A stretch of 62,890 nt of DNA, filler included, from Octopus bimaculoides (lineage: Eukaryota), in assembly GCF_001194135.2 (NCBI RefSeq). It is 5 parts of 5 records of this genome, joined end to end, with 100 filler letters (N's around TTAATTAATTAA, not from the genome) between each part and the next. Parts side by side here need not be neighbours in the genome. Positions count along the whole stretch, not along the records: positions 30,330 to 57,845 come from NC_068995.1; positions 57,946 to 62,890 come from NC_068988.1; 3 more parts are not named here. One strand, 5' to 3'. Under the pieces are notes generated by a model. That model did no database searches. It was not told the DNA's origin and saw nothing but the letters and a program-made list of their open reading frames with translations. How positions within the stretch are numbered: the stretch's first letter is position 1; the number at the start of each line of letters is the position of its first letter. Positions 51,835 through 62,890 of this stretch are shown piece by piece. Position numbers and translations under genes: made by a program.

Positions 51835-51877
<43 letters not shown>

Positions 51878-52494
51878 CTCTGTCTTTATTCTTCTCTCCC
51901 TTCTTTTCTCTATTTAAACACTTTTTCTCTCTCTTCCTTACTATATGCCTGGTTCCTTCCCCCCTGCTGCTCCCCCTCCTCCCCTCCTTCTCCTCCTCCC
52001 CTTTCTTCCCATTCTATCATCTTATCTTTTTTCTCTCTGTCTTTTCCGAGTTCTGCACTGATCGATGTAACACAATCCAGCTGTGACCATCCCCTATTGT
52101 TCATTACTTTATATCCGTTGTCACTTCACAACAACCGCAACAAACGCCATATTTGTTTTATTTATCGAGTGAAACAATTTCACAAGTTCCAGCTTTTCTG
52201 TTTATTCTTCTATGACACCGACGGCGAATAACAAACGTTGTTAGTTACAGCCGACCACTGACTGGCTCACTGTATTTCTTGAGAGCGAGATTTAGTGGAC
52301 AAGGGAGTATCTATAACTCGGTACAGAACAAACATCTCAAGGGACTGTTTGTAAACGTACCCGCTTTTCACAATCACTAAGCAACTACTACTACTACTAC
52401 AATTACTACTACTACCACAATTACTACTACTACTACTACTACTACTATTACTACTACTACTACTACCATCACCACCACTACCACTACTACCACC

Positions 52495-52538
<44 letters not shown>

Positions 52539-52618
52539 AATTACCACTACCACTACTACCACCACCACCACCACCACCACCACCACCACCACTACTACTA
52601 CTACTACANNNNNNNNNN

Positions 52619-52670
<52 letters not shown>

Positions 52671-54234
52671 GTGTGTGCGCACGCGCGTGCGTAAGTGTTA
52701 TAAAACGTGCCCAGTGTAACTTTAAACTGCAAACGGTACTAGGGCCCTGGTTTGGCAGTTCCAAGTTTTTGAAGAGTGCGTGACCACCTCTTAGCAACTA
52801 TTGTTCCTAGATCTACTTTGGTCGGGAGTAGTAAGCACCAAGCACCGGTCAGGGTCCCAGCTTTGGGCTAATTTGCATATTAGGCATTGCCTTCTTATGC
52901 ATATGAAGATCCAGTGGACACTGCAGAAAAAAAAAACCCTTCAAGATTCAACGGAGGTGAAGGCAGCTTCAGCAATATATCGTGGGGCGGAGAGAGCAAG
53001 ATGAGGCAAATCTATCTTGACGTGGCCTTGCCACTGAATTGAAAGATGGTCACAGACGTGAGTGAGGTGGATACTGTGCAAAACTGCTCCACTTTAAACA
53101 AAGTCACCAAGCAAAACCATCAGGGGTCCTTAAGGATAAGTAGATAGATCAGGAATTAAAGGGTTTGAATAAGAGTTTTACGAGTCCAACAGCTGTTTCT
53201 GGGGACTTGGTGGTCCAAAGTAATGATTGTAAATTGATTCCTTCATCGGATAATACCAGCTTCCGTCTTCAGGGAAGAATTTTACATTTGAGGTGTTGAC
53301 AGAAAGGAGATGAAAGATGGAACCAAGTGTGTTAGAAGGAGGAGTTGGGAAGTATTTACATAGAGAGTAGTAGTAGGAGAAAATAGTGGGAGGAGAAAAT
53401 AAATTACTAGTATGAGAGGGAGAGGGAAAGATCGATATATATATATATATTGAGTAAACGTGAGCCAAAACATATCGAAGTGTGAATGGACTGAAAGAAT
53501 TTGTCCGCTTACTGTTCGAAGGCCGTGGAATAATTACATTTTTTAAAATCTAAATAGTGTAGGGCTAACTGAAACAAAACTGAAAAGTGTTTGTTACAAT
53601 GTGGGTACGTGAGTTCGATTTTAGGAGAGGACAGATGCCACGGGTATCCTCCTTTACATGCTTTTTAAGCTTAATTTCAACAGAGTAAATCTTTACCAAT
53701 CAGCTAAATAAGTGTCATTTGGAATGTATCCAAGATGATCTTTGAATGCGAGGAAGCAGCAGCAGCAGCAGTAGCAGCAGCAGCGCTATTCCTCAAAATA
53801 GAAATATTGGATTGATTGTGGCAGCACCACAGAGTCCCGTACAAGAAAACAGCTGTCCAATTGTATTTCTGTTTATTAAAGAATTTATGAATTTGGTGGA
53901 ATTTAAGAGAAGAATCGCGAAGATATATTGTTCTATAGAAATAAGGGATATTGTTGTAAATATCAGATAGTCTTCTGAGAGACCAGTTCTTCAATGTTAT
54001 TGGAAAAATTTCAAGAATACACACATACACACACACACAAACACACACATGTATATGTATGTTTGCATACATACATATATAGATACGTATATATATATAT
54101 ATATATATATATACATACACACACACATAGGGAGAGAGAGAGAGAGTGAGATACATATATACATAGACACAGGCGTATGTATCCTATTCATGAATCTATA
54201 TGCACACACACACACAGAAAGGGCGAGAATAATG

Positions 54235-54295
54235 CTGATGACGACGGCAACTAGGATGATGATGATGATGATGATGGTGGTGATGATGATGATGG

Positions 54296-54329
<34 letters not shown>

Positions 54330-54408
54330 GGTGGTGATGATGATGATGATGATGGTGATGATGATAATGATGATGATGATGGTGGTGGTGATGATGATGA
54401 TGATGATA

Positions 54409-54440
<32 letters not shown>

Positions 54441-54457
54441 GATGATGATGGTGGTGG

Positions 54458-54533
<76 letters not shown>

Positions 54534-54550
54534 GATGATGATGGTGGTGG

Positions 54551-54588
<38 letters not shown>

Positions 54589-54608
54589 GTGGTGGTGATG
54601 ATGATGAT
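54235..54608. repeat. Compound (GAT/GGT)n trinucleotide microsatellite
   Basis: Source of the poly-M/V, poly-I/T and poly-S/P pseudo-ORFs. Confidence 0.95.
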
Positions 54609-57098
54609 ACTCTCTTCCGCCGTGAATGACGCAAGCGTATTCCTTTGTTCGATCAACTGAACTTAACTATTCATTGAATTAGCATCAAAATGGCCGAATG
54701 CTCCATAGACACGTGCACTCTTAACCCATTGCATATTTTACTGCATCACCCACTCACACACATACTTATATATGTGTGCGCTCGCATGTTTGTACATATA
54801 TAATTTAATGTAGACAGTATTGAAACAGAGGTTTACTAATTGTTCCTCGCCATAGAGCTGAGCATGTGCGCTGAGCCTGAAGATTGCTTGCAAACACAAG
54901 GCACGTTATTTAAATCTGCTTAATCTCTATAGCAAGAAACTATTAATAGCTCTTGATTTAAATACTGTATACATTAAATGATATTTGTCACGCACTGGAT
55001 AGAGTGGTTTTTTGTTGATCCTAATTTAACAGAACTATATGTACATGTCTGTGTGTGTGTGTGTGTGTGTTGATAATGCAGACTTATAAATAAAGAATTT
55101 CAACATCGAATTCTTCATTTTAAATTCATTTCTGATTGAATTTCTAAATATATATGTACACCGCTTATTTATAATGAATGTTTTGAAAATAATTAACAAT
55201 TTGAAGATATTTAATGATCAAATAACTAGTTTCAATTAAACTGAATTTTCCAGAGTTGTAGCAATTAACTGGGTGTCTGCCTGTAATAATTCCATATATA
55301 NNNNNNNNNNNNNNNNNNNNNNNNNNNNNNNNNNNNNNNNNNNNNNNNNNNNNNNNNNNNNNNNNNNNNNNNNNNNNNNNNNNNNNNNNNNNNNNNNNNN
55401 NNNNNNNNNNNNNNNNNNNNNNNNNNNNNNNNNNNNNNNNNNNNNNNNNNNNNNNNNNNNNNNNNNNNNNNNNNNNNNNNNNNNNNNNNNNNNNNNNNNN
55501 NNNNNNNNNNNNNNNNNNNNNNNNNNNNNNNNNNNNNNNNNNNNNNNNNNNNNNNNNNNNNNNNNNNNNNNNNNNNNNNNNNNNNNNNNNNNNNNNNNNN
55601 NNNNNNNNNNNNNNNNNNNNNNNNNNNNNNNNNNNNNNNNNNNNNNNNNNNNNNNNNNNNNNNNNNNNNNNNNNNNNNNNNNNNNNNNNNNNNNNNNNNN
55701 NNNNNNNNNNNNNNNNNNNNNNNNNNNNNNNNNNNNNNNNNNNNNNNNNNNNNNNNNNNNNNNNNNNNNNNNNNNNNNNNNNNNNNNNNNNNNNNNNNNN
55801 NNNNNNNNNNNNNNNNNNNNNNNNNNNNNNNNNNNNNNNNNNNNNNNNNNNNNNNNNNNNNNNNNNNNNNNNNNNNNNNNNNNNNNNNNNNNNNNNNNNN
55901 NNNNNNNNNNNNNNNNNNNNNNNNNNNNNNNNNNNNNNNNNNNNNNNNNNNNNNNNNNNNNNNNNNNNNNNNNNNNNNNNNNNNNNNNNNNNNNNNNNNN
56001 NNNNNNNNNNNNNNNNNNNNNNNNNNNNNNNNNNNNNNNNNNNNNNNNNNNNNNNNNNNNNNNNNNNNNNNNNNNNNNNNNNNNNNNNNNNNNNNNNNNN
56101 NNNNNNNNNNNNNNNNNNNNNNNNNNNNNNNNNNNNNNNNNNNNNNNNNNNNNNNNNNNNNNNNNNNNNNNNNNNNNNNNNNNNNNNNNNNNNNNNNNNN
56201 NNNNNNNNNNNNNNNNNNNNNNNNNNNNNNNNNNNNNNNNNNNNNNNNNNNNNNNNNNNNNNNNNNNNNNNNNNNNNNNNNNNTGTGTGTGTGTGTGTGT
56301 GTTGTATAGTGAAACTGTACCCCGCTCCCAGGAAAAAGTGGTAGTAACCAGCCATTATAAATAGACCAGTGACCGGTCGACAGGGTAAAAGATCAGAAGG
56401 TCGAGAGTAGGTGTAGACTGTGTTGATAGTCGTGTCTGTGCTGATGTATTAATTATACTATGATAGTGGGTGGACGTTATATCGTTTTAATCTTTTGAGG
56501 ATAATAACACTGTACGACTGGGGATCGTACAGTGCCAGAAAGAAGTATTCTATCGACGACTTCGGATTATAACAATATCTGTCGGAGCGGCAACCGTCGT
56601 CAAAAGACAGATACAACAATGGCAAAAGACGGCTTCACAACAATATACATACATACATACAGACAGACAGACAGACATAGCTAGATAGATAGATAGATAC
56701 ACACACATATATACGTACATAAATATGTGCACATACGTACATACATATGAGTAAGTGAGTGCGTATGTGTGTGTGTGTGAGTGTGCGTGCGTGCATGTGA
56801 CCATGCAAACACACAACAGTCGATGCAACTTCGGAAACTCCTCTCTCTCTCGAGTGAGAGAGAAACTGTTTTCAGCTTTTCTTTTCCGTTCTGTGTCAAG
56901 TACCTTATTGTTCTCCAAACAAGTTTTCTACGTCGCAAAAAAAAAAGAACCAAAAATACAACGTTTTGTCTGAAGGGCGTCGGATGAGAGACACACTACA
57001 GGACAAATGCATAAACAACAAGGGGATGGGCTTTGAAAAACACTACTACTGCTGCTACTACTGCTACTACTACTAGTAGTAGTAGTAATAATAATAAT

Positions 57099-57845
57099 AC
57101 CAAGGCCAACATATTAAAGGACGGCAGTAGCCCAACATGCCGTGTAGGTCGACAACAAAATGAAACCATTGATCATGTTGTCTCCATGTGCAGTCTTCTT
57201 GCTCCTACAGAGTATCTCAACAGGCATGATAGAGCAGCATAATATATTCACTGGGTAATTTGCAAAATCCTGGACCTGCTTCGTGATAAAAACTGGCGGG
57301 AACACAAACCACCCCCCACCCAGTGCTTGAAAATGATCACATCTCAGTCCTTTGGAACTTCACCATTCAAACCGATAGAAAGATAGATGCGAATTGGTCA
57401 GACATTATATTGAAAGACTTCAGACAAAAATCATGCCTCCTCATTGATATGACTGTCCCAATCGATATAAACGTATCTGTCAAGGCCTACCAAAAACTGA
57501 GTAAGTATAAAGATCTTGAAATAGAAATTGGCAAAATGTGGAACCTGAAGACTAAAACAATACCTGTTGTCATAGGTGCCCCAGGAATGATAGCAAAAGG
57601 GGCTGATTGCTACCTAGCTCAGATACCAGGAAACCTCAAAACGGCAGAAATTCAAAAGATAGTGCTCATGGGAACTGCCCATATCCTACGTAAAATACTG
57701 TCGATGTAATCTCAAACTTTACAACAAACTCATAATTTTCTTATGTTTTCTTAAACATTCTCTAGAACAATACTATGTACAAAACCAAATATATGACACC
57801 CAAGGCATAACACCAACATGAACATCTAACTTGTTGTCTCTTGAG
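57099..57845 (+). mobile_element. 3' fragment of a second R4/Dong-like RLE LINE family
   Basis: CRV....ETIDHVVSMC.LLAPTEYLNRHD zinc knuckle; WNFTIQTDRKIDANWSDIILKD...CLLIDMTVP..KLSKYKDL...IPVVIGAPG endonuclease; 5' junction in (TAA)n. Confidence 0.9.
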
Positions 57846-57945
57846 NNNNNNNNNNNNNNNNNNNNNNNNNNNNNNNNNNNNNNNNNNNNTTAATTAATTA
57901 ANNNNNNNNNNNNNNNNNNNNNNNNNNNNNNNNNNNNNNNNNNNN

Positions 57946-58230
57946 CCGTGGTCTTTTCCGTAGGCTTTTCTCTCCACGGATAAACCTAATCTGTTCCCCG
58001 TTTTTTACATCGACTGTGATACACGATCCCTATTGATCGCCCTCCCACCCACGTTTTTTTTTCTTCCCGCGATCCCTTTTGATCGAAATTATCCCCCCCC
58101 CCAAGAAAAGCTCTACTTTGTAATTTGTCCATTTTCTGTATTTAGCCCTGTGTGGCTATAATAAAAAGATATCTGTCTGTCTGTCTGTCTGTTTGCCTGT
58201 CTGTTTTTGTGTGCGACTGTCTGTCTAACT
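57946..58230 (+). mobile_element. Family X 3' end with (TCTG)n tail
   Basis: Same sequence as the reverse complement of 1845-2074; AATAAA followed by (TCTG)n. Confidence 0.7.
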
Positions 58231-58744
58231 GTCTGTCTGTTATGAAATGCGGCAATAATGGGGTTAACTGTGCTTATAGTTCAGTTTACAATTGTTTTGT
58301 TAGCATCAGTAGATCTGTCCGGCATCATGCCACTTCTGTGCTAACAGTTTCTGATCTATCTCTTGTACAGCTGAAATCTTCTGTAACAGTCCATGCAAGT
58401 CTAACTCGTCCGAACATTACAAAAAGCAACGAACCGATATGTACTCTACAGTTGTCTTTGCGGATATTCGAATTTCTGTCGCAGTGTCTTGGTGAACATA
58501 CCTTTAAATATATGCATACATTCATATATGTGAAGAAATAAATAGATGTTTGTTCATTAGCTGTTTCATTTCAAGCAACAAATTGTCTCATAAATTAATA
58601 TCTAATTTGTTTTTGTTACTGTTTAAGGTTATTTTGGAGTATATATCGTAGAAATTAATGATTGTTATGTCGTTTTATTTATAGGGTCTTATATTGAAAT
58701 TAGTTAATTCTCTTTGATTATAAAGACTTGAATGCTCACACACG

Positions 58745-58788
<44 letters not shown>

Positions 58789-58932
58789 TGCACACACATA
58801 TATATAGAGACACATATACATATACATACATATATGCACACGTACATAAATATATACACACAAACATTTACATACATATATATATATATATATACATACA
58901 TACATACATGTACATACACACACACATACACA

Positions 58933-58976
<44 letters not shown>

Positions 58977-59099
58977 NNNNNNNNNNNNNNNNNNNNNNNN
59001 NNNNNNNNNNNNNNNNNNNNNNNNNNNNNNNNNNNNNNNNNNNNNNNNNNNNNNNNNNNNNNNNNNNNNNNNNNNNNNNNNNNNNNNNATAATTTTATA

Positions 59100-59185
<86 letters not shown>

Positions 59186-59279
59186 GTGTGTGTGTGTGTG
59201 TGAGTGTGTGTGTATTTGTATGTATGATTGTCTGTGTGTGTGCTTATGTGTGTATGTATGAATGCGAATTTGAAGCACA

Positions 59280-60960
59280 TCAGTACGAGGCAATGGAAAC
59301 GTTCTCAATCATATTATACGCGTATACTCGGGTCGCCAATATGTTACAAATGAACTACAACTCTAATGAGAACGTATCCTGTAAATGCATGCAAACCTTG
59401 TTTAATTTCAGTCCAAACCATATGCCAGCAGATTTGGTTTATCTGAATGATTTTGTCTAGAAAATGAGTTATTCATAATTGCTGGCCAGTTTGGAATACA
59501 TTTCAAATTTATTAAAAATATATATGTACACCACATTGATGTACTCTAGCTATCGCCTTGTGATAGCGAACTTGCATGTTTGCACAACATCTTTCACAAC
59601 ATCAAGCTAGATTGCAATAAAGTTCTATCTTCAATCTTTGTTGTTTTTTAAGAAAATTCAGGTTGTTAGTTTTAAATTTTAAGTAGGAGTAACTGTACAT
59701 TACTCGACGTTTCCCAACCGACATAAAGAATTCGGTTGAAATCGTTATTTTACTGGTATAAATAAAACTTTACGCTGTTATGTTGGGTTATATCTTCTGT
59801 GAATATGTGGTCTATTGTGAACATTTCCATCTTTTAGTGGTTGTCATACGGATTCACCGACAAGAAAAAAATCAAAGCATATGTCACCAAGAGCAAATAT
59901 CTATTTTTTTTTTTTTTTTGGTAAGCTCGTAAACTTTAATTGAATTCGGGCCCTCTAACTGATTTGCTAAAAACATGGAAATTTCACTTCGGTTTTGGCA
60001 CATTGACTCTCCCTAGATACAACAAAAAATGAAAATTTCATTCACAGTTGGTAAACTATATTTCCTGTCTACATTGCATTGAGATCTCTGTTAAAAACAA
60101 TATTTCTACGTTCTTTCAGCTTCAGTTTCATTAATGCGAGTTACTGCATAAGAAACTGATTTTACATGTATTTCTACTCAATGTGACCATTATTTTAATT
60201 ACACATATTTTATTTCAGTTATTCATTGTTCTTGCTTTATGAACTTCTGCAGAAAGGACGAAGTAACTGAATATCTTTGCTGACCATCATACGTACCCTT
60301 TCGTTGCGTATGAAATATTCCAAGGTACACTTGTCCATGAATTCTGGAGTAATATAAACCTCTTCCTGTAGGCTAGGCCAAGTGGTCACCCATCAATGCA
60401 ACAGAAAATGCAGAGTTATACAACCAGATATTTCTTTGAAATTTCCATAATATGGGTGTTGTGACCTGACATTAGAGATTTCTAGATCTCTGGAAATTCT
60501 CTTTGAACAGAAGGAAGTAATTGTCCTTCTTGACAGCAGTAATTGAAGTAGCCGTCATATACAAAATGTCAGGCTATGTTAAACTGACACAGAATATCCA
60601 TATCTCCACAATAATGTTATTTAAAATTTTCTTCATTGTATATTGAATTATATACTCTTTCTGTATCATGTTCTTGATTTCAAGTGGATCAATCTGCGTT
60701 CTGCATCAATATGCGTTCTGTTGTCACGTTGGTTTTCATACTTACGATTTATTTGTTCGTATTATCTGTGCCTCATTACATCACTTCTCGAGTTTAGCTG
60801 TTTTTCGCTTTTATTTTAGCATCTGAGAGCTACTCTGTCTCTGACTTGAATTTTTCTTCTTCCTCTGCTTGCTAATTCGATTCATTTAACTGAAGCTCAC
60901 GAACTGCTTTCCGGTTAGCTTCTAATTGTTCGTGACTGAAATTAGATCTTAGTTTTCACT
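59280..60960 (-). mobile_element. Decayed Helitron RepHel relic (N-terminal zinc-finger region, Helitron-like N, start of Rep)
   Basis: Frameshifted minus-strand pieces in the expected order: LCQF...FNYCCQEGQL; FQRNIWLYNSAFSVALMG...GRGLYYSRIHGQVY; DRKYSLPTVNEI; MQVRYHKAIARV; DKPNLLA; ERFHCLVL (possible HUH remnant). Confidence 0.8.
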
Positions 60961-61885
60961 ATTTGTCTCTCGCTAATCTTCTTTTTTCAAGTACTGATTC
61001 CATGTGACGACAATCGGTCAGCATAGAGTATATATAGGTGCATACACAATATCGTAGAATGTAAACAATCAAAAGCGTTTCTTTAGAAAATATCTTCCAC
61101 GCAATACACACATAGACACAGACACACACGCGCGCGCACACACACACGTGTTCACCGGCACACAAATATTTGAACTTAAATATGTAAAATTTAATATTGA
61201 AATATTTTCTTCTGTTCGAAACTCTTTCTTCTAAAAGATCAGAAACGTGTTTTGATATCAGTTTGAATGTCGTCTGCTCGTTACCTTTAAAGACGTGAAA
61301 GCTACTTCAAAAAATGTTCCTATTTTTTGGCAGCTTTTATTTTAATGTTTTTTTTATTAAATTATATCCCAAATATATATAAATAAATAAGTGAACAGAG
61401 GAAAGAAAAGAAAAAAGGAGTAACACCTGATACTATAAACTGTTACCATATCACTTTTATTCTCTATATATCATCCACACTTTCACAAGATACATCGTCT
61501 ATATTTGTCGTTGTTTGTGTATGTGTGTATGTGTGTGTGTATGCGTTGTGTGCGTGTGTGTGCGTGTGCGTGTGTGCGTGTGTGTGTGTGGGTGTGGGTG
61601 TGGGTGTGCGTGTGTGTGTGTGTGTGTGTGTGAACTTTCATCACGATTTAGCGTACTTGGTTTTCGATTCCTTGTCTTTTTTTCATTTGAAAATCTATCT
61701 CATAAATTTTACGACAAACTTTTGCAGCGTGTTTTTATAAAAATACCAGCTGTACATGGCGTTGACGAAATTCCCTAATGCCACACCACAAATCACTGTG
61801 TACCTTGTATCACTCCTTGGCATCACTAAGTTGATCACCATTGTCATTCTATCTATCTATCTATCTATCTATCTATAAGGACATG

Positions 61886-61938
<53 letters not shown>

Positions 61939-62166
61939 ATTATTCATGCACTGACGCACATACAGATATACATACTCGCATAAATATGAAATGAGTAAAA
62001 TCTTGAAGAAAATGCGCTGTTTTATTTTGCTAAAGATATAACTGGTGCTCTAAATAATAAGGCACCCCCGTACAGATCACAGTAATATAGTATCTCTCAC
62101 TCTTACTCTCACACCATTTGTCAGTTTAGTTTCCATCTACAGGCATGATTGCTATTGCACTTATAT

Positions 62167-62440
62167 ATACGGTTTGCGATGGGTAAATTGTACCATTTTA
62201 TATTTTTAATTTCACGCATACGCATTAATTGTTTTTGATTCTGTCGACTACACAATATAGTAGGGTCAGTTGAACACCATCTATGAGGAAAAGAGTACCA
62301 TGACGCAATTAACTTTGCCAGAAATTAGGAAACGATATGCTGTACTGCGTAGTATTAGCACCAGAAGTTCCAATACGAACCTTTCTGAGTGTTTGCGTGT
62401 CAATCTGGGCATAATGCAATCTGAGGACATGTAATGAAAG
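62167..62440 (+). mobile_element. 5' fragment of another mariner/maT-like transposon
   Basis: TIR-like start TATACGGTTTGCGATGGGTAAATTG; short ORF 62300-62434 MTQLTLPEIRKRYAVLRSISTRSSNTNLSECLRVNLGIMQ resembles a transposase N-terminal HTH. Confidence 0.4.
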
Positions 62441-62890
62441 GGATAAAAATAAAATATCCAGCCAATAGTATGAGGTTCGAGGGATTACTAGTGATGGCGA
62501 CTTAGACTGAATACCACTTAGACTGAACATCCCACCTCAAACACACATACATACAGATACACACACACACACACATACACACACACATATATAACTATCA
62601 AATATTTATAGGGAAACAGATACCAATGCATAAACTGCTAATCATTATTTATTTTTAGTCGTAGGAACTATTTAATTTCATTTTCATTTTATTTAGTTTC
62701 AGGTCATGAGATTTGGCCATGCTGGGGCACCGCTATTTATAGAGAATTTTGTTAAAATTTTGGTTTTTAAGCCTTTCTTTTTACTATTTACAGATATGAA
62801 TGTTTTTTTATGCTTTTGTCAGGGAAACATTTATGCATATATATATATATATATATATATGGAAAGTGAGAGAGAGTGGGGAGCGAGTGA

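Noticed and set aside
54049-54660. Poly-Met / poly-Ile / poly-Ser ORFs
   Set aside because: (GAT/GGT)n microsatellite open in several frames.
56508-56534. 10-bp hairpin CACTGTACGA/TCGTACAGTG as a possible Helitron 3' end or terminator
   Set aside because: No CTRR terminus at the expected distance on either strand; short enough to be chance.

Overview
Eukaryotic, gap-rich draft genomic DNA. The SINE families, very high microsatellite density and LINE types look like a coleoid cephalopod, probably Octopus (inference). Most of the window is simple repeats, tRNA-derived SINEs of several families, and decayed LINEs (R4/Dong-type RLE, RTE, Tx1/L1-like). It also holds a near-full-length DD37D (maT) transposon, hAT/pogo/other MITEs and a Helitron relic. 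Almost all supplied ORFs are microsatellite or N-gap artefacts. The best-supported host gene is on the + strand and is not shown as a unit in the ORF track: a signal-peptide exon (24977-25133) splices in phase 1 to a 216-bp exon (28772-28987) encoding a domain resembling the Aplysia egg lectin ADEL / DUF3011 repeat. Weaker evidence suggests a minus-strand gene (CRE+CCAAT promoter and donor near 43.7 kb; CpG-rich exon near 3.1 kb) that could contain it in an intron. Other notable items: a 60-bp array with coding-like synonymous variation, degenerate hammerhead-ribozyme motifs, a 67-bp palindrome and an inverted SINE pair. No CRISPR arrays, rRNA or intact tRNA genes were seen.
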